From: Pyrinomonadaceae bacterium
Lineage (GTDB): Bacteria; Acidobacteriota; Blastocatellia; Pyrinomonadales; Pyrinomonadaceae
DNA length: 64,000 nucleotides
NCBI GenBank assembly: GCA_963724185.1
Contig: CAVRTN010000003.1
Location: forward strand, 261,085 to 325,084
Direction: 5' to 3'
In this document: positions 52,533-63,169 of the stretch, piece after piece
How the letters are laid out: the number at the start of each line of letters is the position of its first letter
Numbering within the stretch: the first letter of the stretch is position 1
Notes under the pieces: model-generated
What the model was told of the DNA's origin: nothing
The model's database searches: none
What the model saw: the letters and a program-made list of their open reading frames with translations, nothing else
Program-made: the position numbers and the translations under genes

Positions 52533-54824
52533 ATGTCCACTGAAGCAATCAAAGTTAACGTCGATGGAACGGACTATGAGGTACCCAAAGGTGCGCGTCT
52601 GATCGACGTGTGCCGCGACAAGGGTTACGACATCCCGTCATTCTGTTATTACGCCGACCTCGCGCTACAGGCGTCGTGCCGGATGTGTCTCGTGCGAATC
52701 GAGAAGATGCCGAAGCTGCAAACCTCCTGCACTATTACCTGTACCGACGGCATGATCGTCACCACGCAGAGCGAGGAAATCGAAAAGGCCCAGCGCGCGA
52801 TGATGGAGTTTCTGCTCGCAAATCATCCGCTCGACTGCCCGGTCTGCGATCGCGGCGGCGAATGTGAACTGCAGGAAATGGCGTTTGACTGGGGCGGACT
52901 CGAAGAACGTTTCACCGAAAAGAAAAATTATCGCCCGGAGAAGTATCTCTCGCCAATGGTGGCAAACGATCCGCAACGCTGCATTCTCTGCAAGCGGTGC
53001 ACTCGCGTTTGCGACGAATGGATGGGCGAGGACGCGATTGAAGCTGGCGGACGCGGCGCGAATACTGTTATCGGAACCTACGGCGGCTGGCTCGACTGTT
53101 CGCAATGCGGAAACTGTATCGAGGTATGTCCCACCGGCACGCTTCTCGATGCGACGTACCGGCACCAGGCGCGACCCTGGGAGCAGGAGCAAACCATTTC
53201 CACGTGCACCTATTGCTCGGACGGCTGTCAGATGTCGCTCGGCGCGCGTGGCGGCGAGCTGATGCGTATCGTTGCGCGCGATCGCTACGTTAACGGACTC
53301 AATGGCGAGTTTCTCTGTATCAAAGGACGTTTCGGTCATCCTTTTGTTAACCACGAAGAGCGCATCCGCACGCCGTTGATTCGTTACAAGAAGGGCGGCA
53401 AGCTGATTCCTGCTACTTGGGATGAAGCGATACGCCATGTGGCGCGCAAGCTCGATGAAGTGGTGGACGCGCATGGGCCAGACGCGCTTGGCGTCGTCGG
53501 CAGCCCTCGCCTTACCAACGAAGCGAATTATCTGCTGTACAAATTCGCAACGGAGTTAGTGGGGACCAAGAGCTACACCACGACGGAATCATTTAATCTG
53601 ACACCGTTCTTCGCGAATCTGGGCGCGCCCCTGGCCACTCACCGGGATATTCGCTACGCGAAAACGATCCTGCTCATCGGCGGCGAACCTGAAGAGCTCC
53701 AACCCCTGACCGGGAAACAAATCCGTCAGGCAGTCAGAAATGGTGGCGCAAAATTAATTGTCATCAATAGCGTGCCGATTAGGCTGGTCGAGCAATCTTC
53801 TCAGTTCATTCACATTCGGCCGGGGACTGAAGATGCGGCCGTACTTGCGCTGGCAGACGCAGGCTCGGTCAACACTGCCGCGGGAAAGATGGGCGTAGAA
53901 GGATCAGACTTTGAAACGCTGAAAAAAGCGATTGATGAGACGACGGGTGATCTGGTGATCATGTTTGGGACTGAACTTAGCGCCGGTGCGCTGGCCGCTA
54001 TTGCCCAGCTACCGAACATGCTGAGTCGCGCCGGATTGCGGGTATTGCTTCACCCACTGCCTTTGCATAACAACAGCATTGGCGCTCACGACATGGGAAT
54101 GATGAGCGGGCAAAAAAGCGCTACCCAAATTCTTGACGCCGCCGGTGAGGCGATTAAGGCAATTTATCTTGCTGGAAGCTTTTCATCCGATCAGTTGCGC
54201 GGCCGCGAAACCGCGCTCGACAAGCTGGATTTTTTGGTAGTTCAGGAACTCTTCGAGACCGAGACAACTGCCTTTGCCGATGTCGTGCTGCCGGCTGCCT
54301 CATTTGCCGAAGTTGACGGCACGTTTACTAACAACGACGGGTTTGTGCAGCGCGTGCGGCAGTCGATACCTCCGGTAAATCAGGCAAAGGCCGATTGGAT
54401 AATCACCGCCCAACTAGCGACCGAACTGGAAATGGATTTCGGCTTCAACCTCTCTGCCAGTGCCGTGTTTCTCGAGATCGCTGAACAAGTGCCAGCATAT
54501 TCCGGGCTGCGCTACCCGTTGTTGAAGGATGAATCGAGTCCGGTGCAGGCGAAATATGGGGTTGTCGAATCGAGGGACCTGACGGCGGAATTGAACTCGC
54601 TCCGCGCAGCCGTCGATGCGCTGCCGGAAAGCCGCGAAAAGATAAACGCAACACCGAAGGTTGGTCACGAGCTCTTCAAGATTGGAACGCTTACTGACAA
54701 GGTTGCGCAATTTCATTTGCTGGCTGCTGGAAATCCGCGCCCTGAAACTGTGAGAGTTTCGCCACTTTATCAGATTACGGTTGACGAAAGCCTGCGCCAG
54801 GAGGCGGTAGGTACAGGTAAATAG
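52533..54824 (+). CDS. nuoG: NADH-quinone oxidoreductase subunit G
   Basis: CRMCLVRIE, HPLDCPVCDRGGECELQ, RCILCKRCTRVC and CSQCGNCIEVCPTG, plus a molybdopterin-like domain. The ATG at 52533 (MSTEAIKVNVDG) fits family N-termini. The ORF track starts at a non-ATG codon at 52458. Confidence 0.9.
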   Translation: MSTEAIKVNVDGTDYEVPKGARLIDVCRDKGYDIPSFCYYADLALQASCRMCLVRIEKMPKLQTSCTITCTDGMIVTTQSEEIEKAQRAMMEFLLANHPLDCPVCDRGGECELQEMAFDWGGLEERFTEKKNYRPEKYLSPMVANDPQRCILCKRCTRVCDEWMGEDAIEAGGRGANTVIGTYGGWLDCSQCGNCIEVCPTGTLLDATYRHQARPWEQEQTISTCTYCSDGCQMSLGARGGELMRIVARDRYVNGLNGEFLCIKGRFGHPFVNHEERIRTPLIRYKKGGKLIPATWDEAIRHVARKLDEVVDAHGPDALGVVGSPRLTNEANYLLYKFATELVGTKSYTTTESFNLTPFFANLGAPLATHRDIRYAKTILLIGGEPEELQPLTGKQIRQAVRNGGAKLIVINSVPIRLVEQSSQFIHIRPGTEDAAVLALADAGSVNTAAGKMGVEGSDFETLKKAIDETTGDLVIMFGTELSAGALAAIAQLPNMLSRAGLRVLLHPLPLHNNSIGAHDMGMMSGQKSATQILDAAGEAIKAIYLAGSFSSDQLRGRETALDKLDFLVVQELFETETTAFADVVLPAASFAEVDGTFTNNDGFVQRVRQSIPPVNQAKADWIITAQLATELEMDFGFNLSASAVFLEIAEQVPAYSGLRYPLLKDESSPVQAKYGVVESRDLTAELNSLRAAVDALPESREKINATPKVGHELFKIGTLTDKVAQFHLLAAGNPRPETVRVSPLYQITVDESLRQEAVGTGK

Positions 54825-54894
54825 TGAATCGTAAATAGTCAATGGCCGACCTGTCCCTGGGCCATCTATTTACCATTCACCATTTACTATTCAC
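54816..54894. repeat. REP-like hairpin ('VNGKW' family) in the nuoG-nuoH spacer
   Basis: Arms 54816-54845 and 54862-54894. The left arm contains the nuoG stop codon (…GTGK*). Confidence 0.7.
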
Positions 54895-54903
54895 TAACAA
54901 AAG

Positions 54904-55968
54904 ATGGACCTTAGTAATCCATACATTCACGCTGCGTTGATCATCGTAGCGATTACGATCGCTTTTTTGACCATCATGTTGGTGGTGGCAGCCACGGTGT
55001 TGGGCGAGCGTCGTGTACTCGCGTTTATTCAAGGCCGGGTGGGCCCAAACCGGGTGGGCTATTTTGGTGTGCTGCAACCGTTCGCCGACTTCATCAAGAC
55101 AATGATGAAGGAGGATCTGGTTCCCGATCAGTCCACCAGATTTGTCTTCCTGCTGGCGCCGATGATTGCTGTCGTCACCGCTATCATGGCCATCATCGTC
55201 TATCCCTTTGGCCCAACTATTACGCTTCCCTTTCTTGGTACCTTTCCCCTCGTCATTGCCCAGTTTGATGTGGCGTTGCTGTACGTCCTGGGAGTTACGT
55301 CGGTCGGAGTCTACGGCATTGCACTGGCGGGCTGGTCGTCAAATAACAAGTACAGCTTGCTCGGCGGTTTGCGCTCAGCGGCCCAGATGATTTCCTACGA
55401 ACTCGCTCTGGGGTTGTCCCTGATCGGAGTCGTACTCCTGGCTGGAACGCTCAATCTCTATGAAATTGTCGAACAACAGTCGGGTTGGTACGGCTCGCAA
55501 TGGAACATCATTTACCAGCCGCTTGGCTTCATCCTGTATTTGATTGCGGCGATTGCTGAGACTAACCGCGTACCATTCGATTTACCCGAGGCCGAGACGG
55601 AACTAGTAGCGGGCTTTCACACGGAATACAGCTCCATCAAGTTTCTGCTTTTTTTCAACGCCGAATATATCAACATGATCACGGTGTCGATGCTGGCGAC
55701 GACGCTGTTTCTCGGCGGCTGGAACGTGCCTTTTGCGGAATATCTTTTCGGCCGGGGCACGCTACTGTTTGCCTTTGTTTCTGTCATCGGATTTTTCGCC
55801 AAGATCGTCTTCTTTCTTTTCCTTTACATTTGGTTGCGTGGGACGTTGCCGCGCTTTCGTTTCGATCAGTTGATGGATTTCGGCTGGAAGTTTCTCCTGC
55901 CGGTGGCGTTACTGAATATTGTTTTGACCGCGACGGTATTGTTTGTCAAAGGGAGTTTGGGAGGCTGA
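54904..55968 (+). CDS. nuoH: NADH-quinone oxidoreductase subunit H
   Basis: 354 aa, polytopic. Contains GERRVLAFIQGRVGPNRVG and AETNRVPFDLPEAETELVAGFHTEYS. Confidence 0.93.
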   Translation: MDLSNPYIHAALIIVAITIAFLTIMLVVAATVLGERRVLAFIQGRVGPNRVGYFGVLQPFADFIKTMMKEDLVPDQSTRFVFLLAPMIAVVTAIMAIIVYPFGPTITLPFLGTFPLVIAQFDVALLYVLGVTSVGVYGIALAGWSSNNKYSLLGGLRSAAQMISYELALGLSLIGVVLLAGTLNLYEIVEQQSGWYGSQWNIIYQPLGFILYLIAAIAETNRVPFDLPEAETELVAGFHTEYSSIKFLLFFNAEYINMITVSMLATTLFLGGWNVPFAEYLFGRGTLLFAFVSVIGFFAKIVFFLFLYIWLRGTLPRFRFDQLMDFGWKFLLPVALLNIVLTATVLFVKGSLGG

Positions 55969-56052
55969 GGTCGTTAAGAGGTGGAGAGTAAAAAGCAAAA
56001 CTCAGTCTTTCAGTGACTCTTCACTTTTCACCTTTCACTCTTCGCGTATTGA

Positions 56053-56729
56053 TTGATTCACATGAGCGCTGTCCTTTTCATTTTGTTTGCCGGTTTGGCC
56101 ATCGGTTGCGCGGTTGCAGTCGTGGCGCAGCGCAATCCGCTTTATAGCGCCATCTCTCTGATCGGAGTTTTTGTTGCGCTCGCGGCAATTTACGTAACGC
56201 TCGCTGCGCCCTTTATCGCGGCGGTTCAGGTAATCGTCTACGCCGGCGCGATCATGGTGCTCGTAATATTTGTAATCATGCTGCTCAACGTTGAGCATGA
56301 GGAACCGCGGCGGAAACGCCTGGGTTTTCTGGTGCCCGTGGCGATCGGTATGGCTGCGATCCTGATTGCAGAAACGGCCTTCATCCTATATTCGGTGCAG
56401 GCCTCGGGCGTGAAGCCCGCAGGCCCAACGTCAGATGTGGGATTGACTCATTCCATCGGCGTAAATCTCTTTACGGCTTACCTCCTTCCGTTTGAAGTCA
56501 CCTCGATTCTGCTTGTTGATGGCAATCGTCGGAGCCATGTCGTTGGCCCGTCAGGGAAAACTGCTGTCCCCAACCGCGCGGGTAGTGCCCGGGTCACAGG
56601 TTTTGGCAATGGATATCGTTAGACCACGCGGCGAAGAAGATTTGACTGCGGTGGAAACAGACTACTACCGCGGAGGCGGCGCAGTTAATGGGCGTAGAGT
56701 TTCAGAGCGATCCGGAGGAACGGGAGTAA
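56053..56729 (+). pseudogene. nuoJ: NADH-quinone oxidoreductase subunit J, frameshift(s) in the 3' third; end uncertain
   Basis: 56053-~56510 is NuoJ-like (AVQVIVYAGAIMVLVIFVIMLLN). The expected …SILLLMAIVGAMSLA continues in the frame of ORF 56492-56812. A third frame ends …FQSDPEERE* at 56729, just before the nuoK RBS. Confidence 0.75.
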
Positions 56730-56735
56730 AAGACT

Positions 56736-57041
56736 ATGGAGCCACAACTCTCATGGTATCTCGCGCTCTCCGCCGTTCTGTTTACGATCGGCGCGGCCGG
56801 CGTAATTATTAAGCGGAACGCGATTGCGATGTTCATGTGCATTGAGCTGATGCTAAATGCGGTGAACCTGACCTTTGTTGCTTTCTCGAGTTTTTTTCAG
56901 GATGTGAACGGGCAGCTTTTTGTTTTCATCGTCATGACGGTAGCTGCGGCCGAGGCAGCGGTGGGACTTGGCATCATCATCGCCATCTTCCGGAATCGCG
57001 AATCGCTTGACGTTGATGAGGCCAGCATTTTGAAAATGTAG
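56736..57041 (+). CDS. nuoK: NADH-quinone oxidoreductase subunit K
   Basis: 101 aa with 3 TM helices. Contains [14 protein letters not shown] and [17 protein letters not shown]. Confidence 0.92.
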   Translation: MEPQLSWYLALSAVLFTIGAAGVIIKRNAIAMFMCIELMLNAVNLTFVAFSSFFQDVNGQLFVFIVMTVAAAEAAVGLGIIIAIFRNRESLDVDEASILKM

Positions 57042-57045
57042 CTAC

Positions 57046-57157
57046 TGGGAGCGCGGGCGTCCCGCCCGCAATGAGCGCGACGGAACGCGATACAGCGCAG
57101 AATTGGTTGCCAGTGAGTTGAATGGACAAGGAATGCGGGCGAGACGCCCGCGCTCCA
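57046..57157. repeat. REP-like hairpin (TGGGAGCGCGGGCGTCCCGCCCGCA family) in the nuoK-nuoL spacer
   Basis: The arm at 57046-70 (25 nt) and the arm at 57134-57 (24 nt) pair over 24 bp with 1 mismatch, and the extra left-arm base forms a 1-nt bulge. Each arm is also internally self-complementary. Confidence 0.75.
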
Positions 57158-57170
57158 AGTAAAGAGTCGG

Positions 57171-59413
57171 ATGGACAACAATCTCTTAAGTTTAATCATT
57201 TTTGCGCCGCTGGCCGGTGCGGCCATCAATTGGTTTGTTGGCCGCCGCTTGCGCAATGAAAAGTTTATCGGGTTCGTCGCCTGTTCTTCGGTAGGAATCT
57301 CAGCCCTCGTCGCTTTCTATCTCGCCCTAAAACCAGGCGGCGCGCTTCATCTGGGCGAACCCGGCGTCACTACTCCCGTTGTCGATCATCTCTGGACCTG
57401 GATTCAAGTGGGCCAGTTTCGCGCAGACTTCGGTCTCGCAATGGACCGCCTGAGTGGCACCTACGCGCTCTTCGTTACCTTCATCGGTTTCCTTATCCAC
57501 CTCTTTGCCGTTGGTTACATGCAAAAAGACAGCGGCTTCTATCGCTTCTTTGCGTACCTGAATCTGTTCATGTTTGCGATGCTGACGCTTGTCCTCGCAG
57601 ACAATTTCCTGCTGATGTTTGTCGGATGGGAAGGTGTCGGGCTCTGCTCCTACCTGTTGATTGGATACTACACCGATAAACAGGAAGCCGGCGACGCTGC
57701 CAAGAAGGCGTTCATTACAAACCGTGTCGGCGATTGGGGTTTCGTAATGGGCTTGATGCTCATCTTTGCGATTACTGCAGGAATGGGCGAAGGCACGATC
57801 AGTTTCTTTGATAATCCGGACACTCAGCGTGAAGAGCGTCTTCAGCGTAATCAGCAGCCTGCCGGTCGAGGCGTTCTCCTGGAAAGCAATCTTTGCAGGT
57901 GGCCTGACTTCAGTGGCGGTCTTGCTTTTCATCGGAGCGGCAGGCAAGAGCGCACAGATTCCGCTTTATGTCTGGTTGCCTGACGCGATGGCCGGCCCCA
58001 CTCCCGTATCCGCTTTGATCCACGCGGCCACCATGGTGACTGCCGGCGTCTACATGATCGTTCGCTGTTCAGAGATCTACGTGCACGCCCCGACGGCAAT
58101 GTTCATCGTCGCGATCATCGGCGCTGCGACCGCATTGTTCGCGGCCACCATCGGCATTGCTCAAAACGACATCAAGAAAGTGCTCGCGTATTCGACGGTT
58201 TCCCAACTTGGCTACATGTTTCTGGCGTGTGGCCTGGGGGCGTTTGGCGCAGCGATATTCCATGTGATCACGCACGCGTTTTTCAAAGCGCTTCTCTTCC
58301 TCGGTTCCGGTTCAGTTATTCACGGCATGCATCACGAGCAGGACATGCGACGCATGGGCGGACTCCGGAAATACATGCCGATTACCTTCGCGACCATGTT
58401 GACAGGCTGGCTGGCGATCTCGGGAATACCGATCTTCGCGGGCTTCTTTTCCAAGGACGAAATCCTTTGGAAGGCATGGAGCGCGGGAACATTTGCCTTG
58501 CCGAGTCCTGCGTGGAGCAAGGCGCTCTGGTTTGTCGGCGCCCTGACGGCTTTGATCACTGCGGTCTACATGACCCGCATGATGGTCATGACTTTTTGGG
58601 GGACAGAACGCTTTCGGGAAACGCACAGCAGTCACAGCGACGACAGTCATGCCGTGGATGCTAATGCGCACGCCTCGGATCATGGCGCTGCGCACGTTCA
58701 TGTTCCACACGAGTCACCATGGACGATGACTGTGCCGCTTAATCGTGCTCGCAGTTCTTTCAACTTTCGGCGGATTGATTGGCGTTCCTTATGCGCTGGG
58801 TTCATTCTTCAGTGACCATCCAACAAATTACATCGAGCAAACTTTAGGACCAGTGATCAGCGAACTGCCTTCCGCCGGCCACGGGGAGAGTGGCGATCCG
58901 CTCCGACTGAACACGTGGAGTGGTTGTCACCCAAACCGCAGGAAACGGATGCTGCGCCGCCAATCCACTCGCTTGAGAAAACCGCGTCCGCCACTACTGA
59001 ACATCCACACTCGCCTGAGGAAATCAGGGCTGAGCGTCTGCTTGCAGTGACTGTCAGTGATAATCGCGGCGCTGGGAATTGCTTTTGGTTGGATGGTCTT
59101 TAAGAAGCGGCCCCTGCTTGAGATGCCGCGCTTGCTGGAAAACAAATACTACGTCGATGAGATTTATGAAAAGACGATCATCAACCCAATCACCGTTGGA
59201 TCACGCGAAGGTCTTTGGAAGCTGTTCGATATCGGAGTGATCGACGGTTTTCTACACGCGATTGGTGACGTAGTAACGGAAACGGGTGGACTTTTGCGCC
59301 GGTTGCAGGCTGGGTTTGTGCGCGGCTATGCCGCAATTATCCTTCTCGGCGCTTTGGCAGTCATCGGGTTTTTTGCATATTCGGCAGTGCGGGGTTCGGG
59401 GCTGATTCCGTAA
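57171..59413 (+). pseudogene. nuoL: NADH-quinone oxidoreductase subunit L, about 4 frameshifts
   Basis: Fragments are 57171-~57825, 57766-58815 ([38 protein letters not shown]), 58745-~58900, 58915-~59060 and 59057-59413. Confidence 0.88.
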
Positions 59414-59431
59414 CGAGCAGCGCCTAAATTT

Positions 59432-61010
59432 ATGCAGCAATATCTTCTAACTATCATCATTCTGTTGCCGGTCATCGGCGCTCTGGCTACGGTCGGCTAC
59501 AGCCTGCTGCCCGGCAAGCGTGAATCAAACTACAAATGGATTGCGCTTGGATTCAGTCTGGTTGATTTCGCCCTCTCACTTCTCTTGATTCGAGGTTCGC
59601 AATCATCCGCGTCTGGATTCCGGTTCGTCGAAGATGTGCTTGTGGATCGGATCGATCGGCGCTCATTATCACGTGGGAGTTGATGGCATCAGCCTTTGGT
59701 TAGTAATTCTCACAACGCTGTTAATGCCCATTGCGATCATTTCAAGTTGGACGGCCATACATAAACGTCAGCTAGCCTACTACGTCTTCCTGGGTCTATT
59801 AGCGGGCGCGATGATCGGTGTCTTCGTTTCACTCGATCTGCTGCTTTTCTACTTGTTCTTCGAAGCATCGCTCGTGCCGATGTTTTTCCTGATTGGAATT
59901 TGGGGCGGAGAGCGAAGAATTTATGCGGCCGTCAAATTCTTTATTTACACAGCGGTCGGCAGTTTACTCATGCTGGTCGCGATCATCGCTCTCTTCTATA
60001 TCTACGGCACGTTTGACTACACCACGATTCTCGCCGCGATGACTGCCGGTGGCACCACGCTCTCATCTCAGGCGCAGTTTTGGTTATTCCTGGCTTTCGC
60101 TTTTGCTTTTTGCATCAAGATTCCGCTGTTTCCGCTGCACACCTGGTTGCCCGACGCGCACACTGAAGCGCCTACTGCAGGTTCGGTTATTCTCGCCGGC
60201 GTTTTATTGAAGATGGGAACCTATGGCCTGCTGCGGTTTAACCTTGGCCTCTTCCCCGAAATGGCGCGAGAGTTTGCGCCGGTGATGATTACCCTTGCGG
60301 TCATCGGAATTATCTATGGCGCTCTGGTCGCCATGGTTCAGCCGGACGTGAAACGGCTGGTTGCATATTCTTCAGTAAGCCACATGGGGTTTGTCGTGTT
60401 GGGCCTCTTCTCATTCACTGAAATGGGCATTCAGGGCGCTCTATTTCAGATGCTGGCGCATGGGGTCTCGACCGGAGCGCTCTTCCTCTTCGTCGGATTT
60501 ATCTACGAACGCCGGCACACGCGAATGATCAGCGAATTTGGTGGGCTATCCACGCCGATGCCATGGTTTGCCACTCTCTTTGTGATCGCTTCCCTTTCGT
60601 CGATCGGCCTGCCGTTTTTGAATGGTTTCGTTGGCGAGTTTCTAATCATGATTGGCAGTTGGACTTCAAACGCAATTCAGTACCCGCGCATCGCGACTAT
60701 GTTCGCCGGCACCGGCGTGATTTGGGCGGCAGTCTACATGCTATGGATGCTGCAACGCGTGGTGTTTGGCAAAGTAACGAACCCTGAAAATGCGAACCTG
60801 CAAGATCTAAACGGCCGTGAGATCGGACTGATACTTCCCCTGTTGGCGTTGATGCTTTTCATGGGCGTTTACCCAGGCGTGTTTCTGAATCGGTCGAGGG
60901 CCAGTGTTGAGGAGATTCGCGTTCGGGTGGGAGAGCCGAGAACAGGCGGGTCATTTGAGACGGCGTCCGCAAATGAAAAAAGGAAAGCCAGCGAGCCCGG
61001 GGCACATTAA
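59432..61010 (+). pseudogene. nuoM: NADH-quinone oxidoreductase subunit M, 1 frameshift near 59640
   Basis: Fragments are 59432-59683 and 59634-61010 (KIPLFPLHTWLPDAHTEAPTAGSVILAGVLLKMGTYG). The junction reads …RFVEDV / WIGSIGAHYHVGVDGIS. Confidence 0.9.
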
Positions 61011-61018
61011 ACAACACG

Positions 61019-62578
61019 ATGAATTTCTTTGCGCTACAGTCAGTCCTGCCCGACGTTAGCTTCGCGCTAATTCTGCCCGAGCTGATCGTGTGCATCGTAG
61101 GCGTGATTGTGATGCTCCTGGATGCCTTCGCAAAGCCGGCTCAACGGTGGGTTACAGGCAGTGTTTCACTGGCCGGTCTAATTGCAGCTGCTATTGGCGC
61201 AGCCTGGCTTTGGATCGGATGGAACGGGACGGCTGAAGCTTTCAACGGCATGATCCTTTTGGACGGCCTTCGTTTAGGGTTCACTTTTGTTTTCCTGATC
61301 GTCTCAGCGTTAACACTTCTTATTTCGATGGTTTGGGTCGAAAGCGAACGGCTGCCGGCCGGCGAGTTTCATTCGTTGCTGATGTTTGCCACAGCGGGAA
61401 TGATGTTCATGGCTTCAGCCGGTGACCTCGTAATCGTTTTTCTGGGCCTCGAAATCCTGTCGATCGCCACTTATGTGATGTGCGGCTTCCGTCGCACGGA
61501 CGTGCGCGCCAATGAATCCTCGATGAAGTATTTCATCCTCGGATCCTTTTCGTCAGCATTTCTGCTTTACGGCATTGCGTTAATCTACGGCGCTACTTCC
61601 ACCGTCGCCGGCTTGCCCGGCACTACCAACATCGCTGAGATAGCCCGCCGACTTCCTGAGGCGCAGTTTCCACTTCTGCTGTTTGCAGGCGCGGCAATGA
61701 TGCTGGTTGGATTTGGTTTCAAGATCGCCACCGCGCCATTTCACGTTTGGACCCCGGACGTCTATGAAGGCGCGCCGACTCCCGTTACTGCATTCATGGC
61801 CGCCGGGCCGAAGGCGGCAGGCTTCGCCTCATTCATCCGAGTCTTTGTCTTCGCTTTCCCATTCGTGGTGGCGGGCTCCGCGACGGTTGGAAGCCAGATT
61901 CATCAGGCGTGGATATGGGCGATGGTAGCGCTCGCGATTGCTACGATGACCGTAGGCAACGTGGTGGCGATCACCCAGAATAATGTGAAGCGGATGCTCG
62001 CCTATTCTTCAATCGCACATGCGGGCTATGCAGTGGTGGGATTTATTGCTGCGGGCGCGGCGGCGGACTTTGCCCAACGCGACGCTGCGATTAGCGCAGT
62101 CCTCTTTTATCTGCTTACCTATGCGGTGATGAACCTGGGCGCTTTTGCTGTCGTGCAGATGATCGCGCGCTCAGGCGATCGCCGCACCGAGGTGGAAGAC
62201 TACAGCGGTATTGGGTTTCAGTCGCCCTGGCTGGCATTTGCTTTGTCGCTGTTTCTGCTGAGCCTGCTCGGCATGCCGCTCACTGCGGGTTTCATGGGCA
62301 AGGTAATGGTGTTTCGCGCCGCCCTCGATCAGGGTTACTTCGTGCTGGTAGTGATTGGCGTATTAAACACCGCCGTGTCGGCTTACTATTATTTGCGGCT
62401 AATCATCGTGATGTTCTTCCGTGAACGAACTACCGCATGGGAGGCCCCACGCATTCCGGCGAGTATCGGCATCGTATTGGTGTTGACGATTCTCGGCGTG
62501 TTCTACCTCGGTCTGTTCCCCGGCCGAGTAATCAATGCCATCCAAACCAAACCGTCTATTTCCGTATCGGTTCGCTAG
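61019..62578 (+). CDS. nuoN: NADH-quinone oxidoreductase subunit N
   Basis: 519 aa containing FKIATAPFHVWTPDVYEGAPTPVTAFMAAGPKAAGF. Confidence 0.9.
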   Translation: MNFFALQSVLPDVSFALILPELIVCIVGVIVMLLDAFAKPAQRWVTGSVSLAGLIAAAIGAAWLWIGWNGTAEAFNGMILLDGLRLGFTFVFLIVSALTLLISMVWVESERLPAGEFHSLLMFATAGMMFMASAGDLVIVFLGLEILSIATYVMCGFRRTDVRANESSMKYFILGSFSSAFLLYGIALIYGATSTVAGLPGTTNIAEIARRLPEAQFPLLLFAGAAMMLVGFGFKIATAPFHVWTPDVYEGAPTPVTAFMAAGPKAAGFASFIRVFVFAFPFVVAGSATVGSQIHQAWIWAMVALAIATMTVGNVVAITQNNVKRMLAYSSIAHAGYAVVGFIAAGAAADFAQRDAAISAVLFYLLTYAVMNLGAFAVVQMIARSGDRRTEVEDYSGIGFQSPWLAFALSLFLLSLLGMPLTAGFMGKVMVFRAALDQGYFVLVVIGVLNTAVSAYYYLRLIIVMFFRERTTAWEAPRIPASIGIVLVLTILGVFYLGLFPGRVINAIQTKPSISVSVR

Positions 62579-62617
62579 CTCGCCCTCGTTTCAAACTGAC
62601 TTTAGGCTGACCCGGAA

Positions 62618-63169
62618 ATGACTGCTGAAGAACACGCTGCGCAAGTCAAACGCGAGCTGGGAGACGCCTGGTTGCCGAATATTTATCGCGACCGCATTCG
62701 TAAGCTTCGCACCCGTTCATACACCTTACCTGCAGTAACGCCAAAGACGCGTATAGAGATCCATCACACTTTGCTCGGAGTGGAATTAAAGGCCGGACGC
62801 AAGCGACTGCTGTGTCCCGATCTCGCGACCGCGCGATATCTTTCGGTCTTTGCCCGAGCTGGTTGCGAAGATGTGGCGTTGCCTTACGACATCACGCGGA
62901 TTTCACAACTTGCGGACGAGATCGAGTCGTCCTGGCATCGGATGATTCTGCTCGCGGAGCACTATGCGCATGAAGAATCGGAGACTTTCAAGTCGCGAAT
63001 CAGGCGTTTATTGATCAGCAAGATAAGAGCGGAAGTGTTCGACGCAGGCGCCGGCAGCTCCATTCCGGAATTCAAGCAGACCACGCGACAGCGCAAGACT
63101 ATGAGCGTGGGAAGCTTTCCACTTGCTTTAGAGCAGAGTTCGAAGTTTAATACTCGACAACATGATTGA
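62618..63169 (+). CDS. hypothetical protein
   Basis: An intact 183-aa ORF 40 nt after nuoN, with no motif recognised. Its TGA overlaps the ATG of the next gene (ATGATTGA at 63163-63170). Confidence 0.45.
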   Translation: MTAEEHAAQVKRELGDAWLPNIYRDRIRKLRTRSYTLPAVTPKTRIEIHHTLLGVELKAGRKRLLCPDLATARYLSVFARAGCEDVALPYDITRISQLADEIESSWHRMILLAEHYAHEESETFKSRIRRLLISKIRAEVFDAGAGSSIPEFKQTTRQRKTMSVGSFPLALEQSSKFNTRQHD

